Of a DNA stretch of 64,000 bases, positions 1 through 9,973 are shown piece after piece. Location of the stretch: NCBI GenBank assembly GCA_002321335.1, contig DCMG01000006.1, positions 267 through 64,266 on the forward strand, in the 5' to 3' direction. Numbering within the stretch: position 1 is the stretch's first letter; every line of letters starts with the position of its first letter. Made by a program: the position numbers and the translations under genes. Origin of the DNA: Bacteroidales bacterium UBA1628 (GTDB taxonomy: Bacteria > Bacteroidota > Bacteroidia > Bacteroidales > UBA932). The notes beneath the pieces are model-generated. The model was not told the origin of the DNA and did not search any database. It worked only from the letters and a program-made list of their open reading frames with translations.

Positions 1-120
1 AGATCTGTACCGTACTCTCGGGAAGCATATCTGCCACTTTTCGTTTCCGTAGAGTGTTTAATGACACTGTTGGGTAACGTTTGCCCTCATTTTTGTTACC
101 GAAGAAATTGCGGATGAGAG
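1..120 (+). repeat. Left RAYT-flanking palindromic repeat array (same family as 58042-58236, 58672-58853, 60674-60875); may extend beyond the window start
   Basis: ACTCTCGGGAAGC...AGAGTG (14-56), GGGTAACGTTT (72-82) and CATTTTTGTTACCGAA match motifs ACTCTCGGGTAACGTTT and CATTTTTGCCTCCGAA in the 58-61 kb copies. Confidence 0.6.
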
Positions 121-383
121 GCTTGAAAAACAGATAGTCTGATATTCAATATGGCGGAAATGGGGGCGGACATTCCTAAGGTGAATGGCTTTCTTGACGC
201 TTGGCGTAAATAGTTGAAAATTAGATGTTATAAATATTATTGTTGTAGGAGTAAAAAATCTTTTTTGATCACCGCAAGGCAAAGAAACAGAAACTTCTGT
301 TTCTTAATGAAAGTTTTTCTGTTTTTGAGTATGAGTTTGCGATAAAGACGCTATATTGCGGCGAACCTGAATTTAGATTATAT

Positions 384-1294
384 ATGGGCGGTCACAAACT
401 CAATGAACTCCTGAAGGAGTACAGAAAACAACCTAAGTGGTACTACCACGTCATCTTCGACTCTATCGAGACAGGACAGTTGTTCAATAATGATGATGAA
501 TATTCCGACGGAATGAACAGTGTGGCCATCGGGCAGTATGTCTGCGGACTGTCCGTCATTGTGTTCGTGCTGATGGCCAATCATTGCCATATTCTCGTCC
601 ATGGATCCGGAGAGGACATCGTCAGGTTTTTCTTGTTTGTCAAGGAAAGGGTCAACCGGAAACTAAAAGAGGATGGTTTCCCTCAACTTCCGGTTGACTA
701 TGGTTTTAAGATGGTGAAGGTTAACGATGAACGGCAATTGGTGGACACGATAATCTATATCGCGAGGAATCCGTTGAAGGCGAGACCGGATGTCACGGCC
801 AGTGGCTATATCTGGGGATCCACGAATTTGATTTTCAGCGATATTGACAAGCTTTATGACAAATTGAAAATTGCGGACATGTCATGCAGGGAATCTACGA
901 GGATATTCAAGACTAAAATCAAGCTTCCGGGTGATTATCTTTTTAATCGCCCTCTGGGATTTATTCTTCCTGAGTCATACGTCCTTAATGGCAAGGTTGA
1001 GCGGATGCTTGTGAGTTCGTGGCGGTTCTGTTCGGGGTTTGTGAGGAACTTTGACGCTTATCTTAAGATCGCCGAGGGCGTAGGTGAGATGATTATCTTT
1101 TCAGAGAACGAATTGAACGAGATTATCTATCATATTCTTAGGAATCGTTTCAAGGTGGATTCCATCAAGGATTTGGGCTTGACGATAAGTGTCATCTGGC
1201 TTTGATCTTTAAAAGAAAGTATCGGATTGACACAAAACGTATCGCCCGCAAGATCCAAGTCGAGGTTGCGGTGCTCAATAAATTGTTTGAATAG
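384..1294 (+). mobile_element. REP-associated tyrosine transposase (RAYT)-like HUH/Y1 transposase with an apparent frameshift near 1178
   Basis: Motifs YYHVIF, FVLMANHCHILV (HUH), YIARNPLKA and YIWGS. The ORF stops at 1205, but another frame from ~1181 reads DDKCHLALIFKRKYRIDTKRIARKIQVEVAVLNKLFE* (TAG 1292-1294), an HTH-like tail typical of these proteins. Confidence 0.8.
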
Positions 1295-1314
1295 TTTTCC
1301 GGCTGCATTGTGTG

Positions 1315-1410
1315 GCACTCTCAGACAACGGAAATGGACGAAAGTGCTGCCAGAGAGTGTTGTGCGGCACCCTCGGGCAACGAAAAGGGACGGAAGTGTG
1401 ACGGGGGAGT
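1315..1410 (-). repeat. Right RAYT-flanking palindromic repeat array, inverted relative to the left flank
   Basis: GCACTCTC (1315) and GCACCCTCGGG (1367) are 52 bp apart; GCACCCTCGGG is the reverse complement of CCCGAGGGTGC at 58139-58149. Confidence 0.6.
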
Positions 1411-1417
1411 GGTGTCT

Positions 1418-1442
1418 GGCCGCTGAGCTTGTCGAAGTGGCC
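1418..1442 (+). repeat. REP-like element (GTCGCTGAGCYTGTCGAAG family)
   Basis: GGCCGCTGAGCTTGTCGAAGTGGCC; near-identical copies at 37658-37685 and 38295-38320. Confidence 0.7.
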
Positions 1443-1639
1443 ATATTAGCAGGGATGGTGGCCTTGGCGCTTTGTCAAACTATAGCGAATCTGCCAAATT
1501 GTCATATTCGATGGAATGGCATAACATTCGATAATAGTTCTTGCGTCCGGCTTCGGGAACGAGGGCGGACGAGAAACGAAAAAGTTCGGGGCCGGAGACG
1601 GAACCGGGCGAGTAAATGAAAAAATAGGAGATTAAGAAT

Positions 1640-3544
1640 ATGGGAAAAATTATTGGTATCGACCTTGGAACCACGAATTCGTGCGTTGCGGTCATGGAAG
1701 GCAATCAGCCAACCGTCATAATCAACAACGAGGGTGAAAGAACCACCCCTTCTGTAGTCGCCTTTACCGATGGCGGTGAAAGAAAGATCGGTAACCCTGC
1801 AAAGCGTCAGGCCATCACGAACCCACAGAACACAGTCTTCTCCATCAAGAGATTCATGGGTGAGACTTATGATCAGGTTCAGAAAGAAATCGCCAGAGTG
1901 CCTTATAAGGTAGTCAGAGGTGAGAACAACACCCCGCGTGTTGACATCAACGGCAAGCTCTACTCTCCGCAGGAGATTTCAGCGATGATTCTTCAGAAGA
2001 TGAAGAAGACTGCCGAGGACTACCTCCGTCAGGAAGTCACAGAGGCTGTCATCACGGTTCCTGCCTACTTCTCTGACTCACAGCGTCAGGCCACCAAGGA
2101 GGCAGGCAAGATCGCCGGACTCGATGTCAAGAGGATCATCAACGAGCCTACTGCCGCCGCACTTGCTTACGGTCTTGACAAGAAGAACAAGGACATGAAG
2201 GTCGCAGTGTATGACCTTGGTGGTGGTACATTCGATATTTCAATCCTTGAGCTCGGCGGCGGTGTGTTCGAGGTTAAGTCAACCAACGGTGACACACACC
2301 TTGGTGGTGATGACTTCGATCAGGAAATCATCAACTGGCTTGCCCAGGAGTTCGCCAACGAGAACGGCGGAATCGACCTGAAGAAAGACCCTATGGCTCT
2401 TCAGAGATTGAAGGAAGCCGCTGAGAAGGCCAAGATCGAACTGTCCAACCAGACATCGACCGAGATCAACCTGCCTTACATCATGCCGGTTGACGGAATT
2501 CCAAAGCACCTTGTAAAGACTCTTACAAGAGCCAAGTTCGAGCAGCTTTGCGACAACTTGTTCCAGAGATCCATCGAGCCTTGCCGTCAGGCGCTCAAGG
2601 ACGCCGGTCTTAAAGCTTCAGACATTGACGAGGTTCTTCTCGTCGGCGGTTCAACACGTATCCCTAAGGTACAGGAACTTGTCAAGGAGTTCTTCGGCAA
2701 GGAGCCTAACAGAAGCGTAAACCCTGACGAGGTTGTGGCCATCGGTGCGTCAATCCAAGGTGGTGTGCTCGCAGGTGACGTGAAGGATGTCCTTCTGCTT
2801 GATGTCACTCCGCTGTCACTCGGTATCGAGACTCTGGGTGGCGTGATGACAAAGCTCATCGAGTCCAACACGACCATCCCTACCCACAAGTCACAGGTGT
2901 TCTCCACTGCGGCTGACAATCAGCCTTCAGTAGAGATTCACGTCCTTCAGGGCGAGCGTCCTATGGCAAAGGACAACAAGGAGATCGGTCTGTTCCATCT
3001 TGACGGAATCGCTCCGGCTCCGAGAGGAATACCTCAGATTGAGGTTACCTTCGACATCGACGCCAACGGTATCCTGAACGTGTCCGCCAAGGACAAGGCC
3101 ACAGGCAAGGAGCAGAACATTAGGATTGAGGCTTCTTCAGGTCTGTCTGAGGATGAGATCCAGAGGATGCGTGACGAGGCCAAGGCCAACGAGGCTGCCG
3201 ACAAGGAGGCCAAGGAGAAGGTTGACAAGATCAACAACGCCGACGCTCTCTGCTTCCAGTCCGACAAGAACCTAAAGGACTATGGCGACAAGATTCCTTC
3301 TGACAAGAAGTCAGCCATTGAATCTGCCCTGGCTTCCCTCAAAGATGCTGTCAAGAATCAGAACATCTCTGACATCGACCGCTACACCGATGAGTTGACC
3401 AAGGCTTGGAACGCCGCCTCAGAGGATATGAACCGCGCCGCTCAGGCCGGTGCCCAGCAGGGACCTCAGAACCCTTATGGCCCTCAGGCTGGTCCACAGG
3501 GTCCGCAGAATGGTCCGGATGACCAAGGTCCAGACGAGCAGTAA
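1640..3544 (+). CDS. dnaK: Molecular chaperone DnaK (Hsp70)
   Basis: [17 protein letters not shown] and [14 protein letters not shown] signatures; 634 aa. Confidence 0.99.
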   Translation: MGKIIGIDLGTTNSCVAVMEGNQPTVIINNEGERTTPSVVAFTDGGERKIGNPAKRQAITNPQNTVFSIKRFMGETYDQVQKEIARVPYKVVRGENNTPRVDINGKLYSPQEISAMILQKMKKTAEDYLRQEVTEAVITVPAYFSDSQRQATKEAGKIAGLDVKRIINEPTAAALAYGLDKKNKDMKVAVYDLGGGTFDISILELGGGVFEVKSTNGDTHLGGDDFDQEIINWLAQEFANENGGIDLKKDPMALQRLKEAAEKAKIELSNQTSTEINLPYIMPVDGIPKHLVKTLTRAKFEQLCDNLFQRSIEPCRQALKDAGLKASDIDEVLLVGGSTRIPKVQELVKEFFGKEPNRSVNPDEVVAIGASIQGGVLAGDVKDVLLLDVTPLSLGIETLGGVMTKLIESNTTIPTHKSQVFSTAADNQPSVEIHVLQGERPMAKDNKEIGLFHLDGIAPAPRGIPQIEVTFDIDANGILNVSAKDKATGKEQNIRIEASSGLSEDEIQRMRDEAKANEAADKEAKEKVDKINNADALCFQSDKNLKDYGDKIPSDKKSAIESALASLKDAVKNQNISDIDRYTDELTKAWNAASEDMNRAAQAGAQQGPQNPYGPQAGPQGPQNGPDDQGPDEQ

Positions 3545-3582
3545 TAATGAATATGTCCGCTCATCAAATGGGGCGGATGATG

Positions 3583-3623
3583 AAAAAGAAAGAGGAACGA
3601 CCGAAAGGCCGCTCCTCTTTTTT
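3583..3623. terminator. Intrinsic terminator between convergent dnaK and the PUL
   Basis: AAAGAGGAACGACC-GAAA-GGCCGCTCCTCTTT with A/T tracts on both sides; mismatches become G-U pairs on the minus strand. Confidence 0.8.
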
Positions 3624-3638
3624 GGTTATGTGCTGAAC

Positions 3639-5489
3639 TTATTTGCCAATGTGTTTAATCTGCTCATATTCCACCCAGACCTTCATCTTACCGGGTGCTC
3701 TGTTGTCCCATGCGTAATACGGGACAAACTTGACTGAACGTCCATTTGAGGAGGCTGTGACCGTGCATACTCCACCAAGAGTCTCTGGTTCAAGCACACA
3801 CTGGAAAACATCATCCGACGTGAGTCTTATGGTATCAAAACCGGTGTTGTCCACCTGCTCCATACAATAGACGATTGGTCCTCTCTGTATGGCGCGCTTT
3901 CCAATGTTGGCCTTCACTTTAGGGTCGGAGGCGACAACTTTCACAGGCATATTCATTTCAAGAACAATCCGGTCGCCTTTCTTCCATTTTCTCTCAAGCA
4001 CCGCATAGCCGCCGTCCAGATTGTACCGGACCGTCTTTCCATTGACTGAGACATTCCATTCCTCGCACCAGTCCGGGATGCGAAGCCTGACAGCGAAGGC
4101 GGCCTTTTTCTCCGGAGAGACTGTCATCGAGACAATTCCGTCCCAAGGATATTCTGTCTTCTGGCAGAATGTTGTCTTCACGCCAGAAATTTCCGTGTCC
4201 ACCTTGCCTGACACATAAAGATTGACCCACAGCGCGTCATCCGACTGGGCATAGATGTAGCCACCGATCGACGGAAGAAATCTTGAAATCTGACTCGGGC
4301 AGCAGGCTGTGCCGTACCAAGGTTTTCTGTGATGATCTCCTTCCGAGGCCAATGGATTGACATAGAAGAACCTGTCACTGGACAAGGATATTCCCGCAAG
4401 AGCGCCATTGTACATCGCGCGTTCCAGAACGTCAACATACCGGGATTCCCCTTTGAGCATATTCATGCGCTGGTTCCACATTACCATCCCGACGGAGGCG
4501 CAAGTCTCGCAATAGGCTTCCTTGTTCGGAAGATCATAGTCCTCGGTGAAGCCTTCATTGTGGCGCGATGAGCCTATCCCACCGGTCAGATACATTCTGG
4601 TCTTGACCACATTGTTCCAAAGCCTGTCCAGAGCGGCGATGTACGAAGTGTCTCCGGAAACTGTCGAATAATCAGCCATTCCGGTAAGCAGGTACATCGC
4701 ACGCACAGCATGGCCTTCGATCTTGTCGAGTTTCCTGACAGGTACGTTGTCGAGGAAATAGCCATTCGCTTTCCAGTCGGCCTTGCCACGGCCTCTTTCT
4801 TCCAACAGGAAATGAGCCAGATCCAGATATTCTTTCTTGGAAGTCTCGTGGTAAAGGCGGATCAAGGCAAGCTCGATTTCAGGATGCCCTGGAACCCAGT
4901 CTCTCTTGTTCGGCCCGAATTCAGAGACAAGATGGTCGGCGAATCTCTCAGCCACGTCCAGCAGCATGCGCTTGCCTGTGGCTTTATAGTAGGCGATTCC
5001 CGCCTCTATCAGGTGTCCGCCGCAGTACATCTCATGCTTGTCCATGTCGGTCCAGCGCTTGCCTGGCATCTTTAATGTGTAGAAGGTGTTGATATAGCCA
5101 TCCTTTTCCTGTGCGCCGGCGATCAAGGTTATAATGCTGTCCAGTTGCGACTCCAAAGGTTTGTCCGGATTGTTCTGAAGCGAGTAGGACGCGCCTTCTA
5201 TCATCTTGTACAAATCGGAATCATCATAGAAAATGCCCTCGAAGCGACCTTCTCTCACCCCTGCGGCGATGGCAAAGTTCTCGACCCTGTGCGTCTTTTC
5301 GGAACACTGGTCAAGACAAAACGGGATGGTCACCTCTGACAGTCGTTTGATTCTGGGCCGCCAGAATGAATCCTCGATGATCACTCTTGAAAAATTGATC
5401 GGTTCATTCCGCGAGCCGTCAGATTTGGCGTAGCCGACCATGGCTGGCCAAAGCATGCAAAACGAGACAACGGTCTTTAGTGGTTTCAT
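3639..5489 (-). CDS. GH127-family glycoside hydrolase (beta-L-arabinofuranosidase-like), secreted
   Basis: DSDLYKMIEGASY, HEMYCGGHLIEA, GHAVRAMY, YCETCAS and ACCP motifs; signal peptide. Confidence 0.92.
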   Translation of the reverse strand: MKPLKTVVSFCMLWPAMVGYAKSDGSRNEPINFSRVIIEDSFWRPRIKRLSEVTIPFCLDQCSEKTHRVENFAIAAGVREGRFEGIFYDDSDLYKMIEGASYSLQNNPDKPLESQLDSIITLIAGAQEKDGYINTFYTLKMPGKRWTDMDKHEMYCGGHLIEAGIAYYKATGKRMLLDVAERFADHLVSEFGPNKRDWVPGHPEIELALIRLYHETSKKEYLDLAHFLLEERGRGKADWKANGYFLDNVPVRKLDKIEGHAVRAMYLLTGMADYSTVSGDTSYIAALDRLWNNVVKTRMYLTGGIGSSRHNEGFTEDYDLPNKEAYCETCASVGMVMWNQRMNMLKGESRYVDVLERAMYNGALAGISLSSDRFFYVNPLASEGDHHRKPWYGTACCPSQISRFLPSIGGYIYAQSDDALWVNLYVSGKVDTEISGVKTTFCQKTEYPWDGIVSMTVSPEKKAAFAVRLRIPDWCEEWNVSVNGKTVRYNLDGGYAVLERKWKKGDRIVLEMNMPVKVVASDPKVKANIGKRAIQRGPIVYCMEQVDNTGFDTIRLTSDDVFQCVLEPETLGGVCTVTASSNGRSVKFVPYYAWDNRAPGKMKVWVEYEQIKHIGK

Positions 5490-5521
5490 TTTACTTCAAT
5501 TTTATCTGCTTGATTCCTGGT

Positions 5522-6409
5522 TTATTCACTCATCTTGGAAAGGAGTTTCTTCGGGTAGTTCGTGCAGATGGCTTTCATTGACGAGGCGTTGGAGATGTAG
5601 TAGTTCATCGTCGCGTCATCATCTGCATTGAACACACTGAACGCTATACCTGCTTTGGTGAATTCCTCTATCGTGCGTTCTCCGCCACCTTGCTTGATGA
5701 ATGTGGTGGACAGGTTCGCCCATTTGTAACTCTTCTGGAGGTATTCCGCCGCCGGTTTGTCCGCCATCCATGCGATGTTGACACCTGCAGCGGTGGCGTA
5801 TGAATATGACGAAGCCATCACAGTAGCGTTGGACGTGCAGATGAACTCGGCGAAGTTCTGTGCTTTCTTCTCCTTGATGATCTCGCAAGCCTTGCGGCAG
5901 GCATTGATCGGATAGGTCGTCAGTCCGCTGATGTTTTTGATATCCAGCCAAAGCCTTGTGCAGCTGCCCGCTTTCATAACCTCGTCAATAAACATCTCCA
6001 AGTCCGGAAGCGTCTCTCCGTTTGTCAGTTTGCCGGCTGCCCTCAACTGTTCCAGTGTGGCTTCCCATGGATGGAGACCGTTGATTTTGTTGTCATCATC
6101 GGCGTGGGCAACGACAACTTTGTCATCCTTGGTCCAATAGATGTCGCATTCTGAGGCATAGCACTTGAGGCTCATCGCATATTGCAGTGTGGCGATCGAA
6201 TTGTCCGGAAAGGACATTCCCGCCTCGGATGCACCACCTCTGTGAGCCACAACGATGTTACCGCCATCCTCTGGTTTGTCAGCCACCTCACCAGGGGTGT
6301 CTGGCCCATCATCAGGCCAGACAGGTCCCGGATCGGGGGATGATTTTCCACAGGAGGCAAAACAAATGATTCCTGCAGCGAGGATCACCAATTTGGAGTT
6401 GTGAACCAT
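5522..6409 (-). CDS. Glycerophosphodiester phosphodiesterase (GDPD) family lipoprotein
   Basis: Lipobox FASC; VAHRGG, DNS, ECDI..TKD..VVAH, LDIK and CTNYP. Confidence 0.88.
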   Translation of the reverse strand: MVHNSKLVILAAGIICFASCGKSSPDPGPVWPDDGPDTPGEVADKPEDGGNIVVAHRGGASEAGMSFPDNSIATLQYAMSLKCYASECDIYWTKDDKVVVAHADDDNKINGLHPWEATLEQLRAAGKLTNGETLPDLEMFIDEVMKAGSCTRLWLDIKNISGLTTYPINACRKACEIIKEKKAQNFAEFICTSNATVMASSYSYATAAGVNIAWMADKPAAEYLQKSYKWANLSTTFIKQGGGERTIEEFTKAGIAFSVFNADDDATMNYYISNASSMKAICTNYPKKLLSKMSE

Positions 6410-6417
6410 GATGAAAA

Positions 6418-8466
6418 TTATTTTTTGTAGTTCTTCACGCAGCGGAACGGCATGATCGCCTGTCCGTTGTCAATGTTGGTCATCTCGGCGTAGGTCGCTT
6501 TGTCGTTGGTAAGCAGCACGTTTATCCTGTAAAGCGCTTTGTCATTGAAGAACAGCGGAACCCAAACCTGCGCCCTGACACCATAGCATTGGTAGCCTTG
6601 GGTCATGTAACGCCAACCTAGCGGATAGTATTCGAAGCCGAAGTCATCCGCTCCGTCGGACACGGTTCCTGTCCACCATTTGTTGTTCTTGATCCATGCG
6701 CCGAGATTGCCGATACCTCGTGGTGAGTCAGAGGTGGCTGTGCCCTTGCCGGCAACCGTTGTGAATTGCTTGTAGTTGACTCGGTCTTCATCTATCGAGT
6801 AACTGTGTCCGGCGGAAGCCTTGCTTGCGGCGTAAGCGATGTCCAGCCAATCCGAAGCGTTGGAGATATGCCAGCCGTACGGACATATTCCTTGAATCTG
6901 CATCTTGAGGGTAGGATAGGTTTGCTCATCAGTGGCATTGTCGCCAGAGAAAGTAGTGGCTACAGTGTTGTTGATGTACTCGATTGTGTAGGTGTCTCCT
7001 ACGGCGTCGGTGATCTGGCAACCCTGAGTCCATCCCTGCGGAACCACTTCCTTACGGGCGAAGCCGATTCCGTTGGTCGGGATGCCTGTCACTATCTCAG
7101 AGAACGCATAGATTCGGCCATATTCATCACTTCCTTCGAGTTGCCCTCCGATCTCCGTGCATTCGTAGGCCATATTCAATTTGGAGTCATCCCATGACGA
7201 AGGGAACGCGGCTGCCGCATAACCTCCTGTTCCTTTGGCTCCGACTCCTGTTGCGGCCGGGATCATCGGCGAGCCGAGCTTAGGCTTGATGTCACCTCCG
7301 TTCCAACGCATGTTCTCGACCATCCAGACCTTCATCGAGCCATCTCTGGCGATGAACGCCTTGGTCTTGTACTTGGACACTTCGGAGTCCGGCATGCAGT
7401 TGTGTGTCGTGATCCTGTCCCAAGCCCATGTCTTCTCGTTGAAGTTCACGGTGAGAGAACGCAGACCGTCAACATCGATTTCCGGGCCTTCAGGCAAGGC
7501 AGAGGACGCGGACTCGATCGTGGCGACGGATCCATCCTTCGCAAGCGCATAGCAAGGGTATGACAGCACACGGGAATCCTGGTTGAACATCACCGTGTTG
7601 CCGCCAGCCGCCGCGTTCATGAAATAGGCCTTGACGCTGTAAACACCCTCGCTCTCCTTGGTCATCTGCAAAGCCTTGTCGATGGCGAGACCAGAAGCGG
7701 AAGCACCGTACATGAAGTAATATATGTCCGCGGCGAGCTGCGTCACAGGCACGTCAACCGATGCCAGACTGGTTTCGGCTGAACCTACAGTAATATGAAG
7801 CACCGCCTTACGGACGTTGACATGGTCTGTCCATTTCGATGCGGTCAGTTTGACGGAACCGGCCTCGGATGCCTCGCATGTCAGCCAATCCTTGCTTTCG
7901 CCCGAGTAATCCACTGAGAAGGAATATGCGTCACCCATGTTGGTCGTGTACTCGATGACCTGATCGCCTCCGTCAGCAAAGAACTCAACGTCCTTGGTGT
8001 TAGTGGACACTTCGGCGTCGGCCTTCTCTCCTTTCTGGATGAATTCGTAGGAACGCTCGGTTCCGTCGGAGGCCTTTACGGTCAGAGTGAATGTCCTTTT
8101 ATATTCAGGATTGGATTTCACCTTGACTTCCAATCCTTTCTCCGTCACGGTTCTGGAGTCACCCTCGAAGGTGCCTTTGAACTCTTCGGTGACATCTGTG
8201 ACATTGACTTCGGCGCATTTCTTCGGATCCTCAACGGAATAGTCCCATGAGATTCCGTTGGTCTTGTCTCCCTGCACGATTGTGACAATGGCGCGATAGG
8301 AATCCTCGCCGCTCTCGGTCTTGCCGTCAGCGGTGAACACGGGAATATCCTTGGACAGGGAGATCCTCGTAGTGGAGTCTATCTCCGAAGGGTCAATCTT
8401 TTCCCCGCAGGCTGACAACATGAGGGACAGTGCGGTGACTGTTAAGAATATATTCTTGAATTTCAT
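6418..8466 (-). CDS. Surface lipoprotein with BACON-like and FISUMP (Fib_succ_major)-like domains; SusE/F-position protein
   Basis: Lipobox LSAC; VWMVENM, YGRIY, QGICPYGWHI, FGF..YPLG and C-terminal FRCVKN; start moved to MKFKN. Confidence 0.75.
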   Translation of the reverse strand: MKFKNIFLTVTALSLMLSACGEKIDPSEIDSTTRISLSKDIPVFTADGKTESGEDSYRAIVTIVQGDKTNGISWDYSVEDPKKCAEVNVTDVTEEFKGTFEGDSRTVTEKGLEVKVKSNPEYKRTFTLTVKASDGTERSYEFIQKGEKADAEVSTNTKDVEFFADGGDQVIEYTTNMGDAYSFSVDYSGESKDWLTCEASEAGSVKLTASKWTDHVNVRKAVLHITVGSAETSLASVDVPVTQLAADIYYFMYGASASGLAIDKALQMTKESEGVYSVKAYFMNAAAGGNTVMFNQDSRVLSYPCYALAKDGSVATIESASSALPEGPEIDVDGLRSLTVNFNEKTWAWDRITTHNCMPDSEVSKYKTKAFIARDGSMKVWMVENMRWNGGDIKPKLGSPMIPAATGVGAKGTGGYAAAAFPSSWDDSKLNMAYECTEIGGQLEGSDEYGRIYAFSEIVTGIPTNGIGFARKEVVPQGWTQGCQITDAVGDTYTIEYINNTVATTFSGDNATDEQTYPTLKMQIQGICPYGWHISNASDWLDIAYAASKASAGHSYSIDEDRVNYKQFTTVAGKGTATSDSPRGIGNLGAWIKNNKWWTGTVSDGADDFGFEYYPLGWRYMTQGYQCYGVRAQVWVPLFFNDKALYRINVLLTNDKATYAEMTNIDNGQAIMPFRCVKNYKK

Positions 8467-8483
8467 TGTAATATTCATTTTAA

Positions 8484-9971
8484 TTAATCCCATCCTTCCG
8501 TCTGGGTAAGTTTGTAGTTTTTGTTCCTTGCCGATTGGGAGATCGGCCAGAGAAGAATGTTCGGGTTCTTCTGCTTCTTGGTGAGAAGTTCCGGGTTATA
8601 GTCCCAGATTTTGTCCAGACGGATGAGTGGCCACCAGATGACACCTTCGGCAGGGAACTCAAGAAAATATTCATTGACAATGGCTTCCAGAACAGTGTCT
8701 CTTGTGGCGGTCTTGTAGAAGTCTTCTACTCCGTATGCCCTTTTCGCGATGATGTTAAGCGACGCCAGTGCCCCGGTGTAGTCTTTCTTGTAATATTTCA
8801 ACTCGGCGTCCATCATCACAGCGTAGGCATAGCGGTAGTAAAGGAGGTCACAGTCCTCGACCACTGGTTGCTTTGACATGTCTCCGAGAAACTTGTTCGG
8901 CCATGTCAATGTCTGTTCTGAGGCTCCGTAGGCGCCTTCGCCGAGATTGCATGTCACTCTGGAGTCGTTGTGCCTAGCCTTGCTCTTGTTCAGGACATCT
9001 ATGAACTCACGAGAGTAACTCCACCATTGGGTGGAACTTACCGGTACGGGATTGTTCCTGTACTGAGACGCGATCAGGTTGCTCGGATGGTAGAAATAGC
9101 TGTAATAGCCGCCTGTGAGTTTCTCCTGCTGGCTGTTCATCAGTGCGAACACGACCTCCGTGTTGCGTTTGTTGTCGCGGCTGAACACGTCAGAATATTT
9201 CGGAAGAAGCTTTCCGGAAGAAATCCCAATCGCTGACAGAGCCTCATCTGCAAGATCCAGGAACGAATCCCCGCCGTTCTGGGTCGTGTACATCCACAAG
9301 CCGTACTCGGCTTTCAGCATGTTAACTGCGTCCGCTGTCGCGAAATATTTGTCGGTCCCGAGATATGCTGAATTAGCCACTGCTGTCTCGATGTCCTTGC
9401 CGATCCTGGCATAGACATCAGCCTTGGGCGCGCGCACCGGATAGGTCTCAGGCTGGTTCACGGACTCGATCGGGACAAGGTTGAGAGGAACGTCTCCCCA
9501 CAGTCTTGCCGCCCAGAAGTAGCAATATGCCCTTGCGAATGCCGCCTGTCCGACAGCGAATCCTTTGTCGGACTCGGTCATGTTGACCTTGTCGGCATAT
9601 TTCAGCACGGCATTCGCTTGGTCTATAGTGGTGTAAAGCCCTGACCATGAAGTGGATGCTGTGGACGAGTTCATCGTGCTTGTGCGCACGGTGATCATAT
9701 TGTTGTCCTGAACCCTTGATTCAAGGCTTGGCCCCCACATGTAGTCACCGACACGTGCCTCACCCCAATAGAACACATTCACATAGCTTTGGATAAAATT
9801 TGAGCGCATCCTTTCGTATATTCCATAAGTGGATTGGATGACATCGGTGGAAGTCGTCCACATGTTGCTGGCTGACAGTTTGTTGTCTTGCATGATGTCC
9901 AAATCTCCATTGCAGGACGGCAGTGGCAGGGCGGACGCGAGCACCAGAAAATATTTCAATATATCTTTCAT
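8484..9971 (-). CDS. SusD/RagB family lipoprotein
   Basis: Lipobox LPSC; W..LY..I..AN, FARAYCYF..RLWGDVPL, EFPAEG and LWPI; directly downstream of SusC. Confidence 0.92.
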   Translation of the reverse strand: MKDILKYFLVLASALPLPSCNGDLDIMQDNKLSASNMWTTSTDVIQSTYGIYERMRSNFIQSYVNVFYWGEARVGDYMWGPSLESRVQDNNMITVRTSTMNSSTASTSWSGLYTTIDQANAVLKYADKVNMTESDKGFAVGQAAFARAYCYFWAARLWGDVPLNLVPIESVNQPETYPVRAPKADVYARIGKDIETAVANSAYLGTDKYFATADAVNMLKAEYGLWMYTTQNGGDSFLDLADEALSAIGISSGKLLPKYSDVFSRDNKRNTEVVFALMNSQQEKLTGGYYSYFYHPSNLIASQYRNNPVPVSSTQWWSYSREFIDVLNKSKARHNDSRVTCNLGEGAYGASEQTLTWPNKFLGDMSKQPVVEDCDLLYYRYAYAVMMDAELKYYKKDYTGALASLNIIAKRAYGVEDFYKTATRDTVLEAIVNEYFLEFPAEGVIWWPLIRLDKIWDYNPELLTKKQKNPNILLWPISQSARNKNYKLTQTEGWD

Positions 9972-9973
9972 GA

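Noticed and set aside
3440..3541. GPQ repeats at the end of dnaK
   Set aside because: Ordinary low-complexity Hsp70 tail
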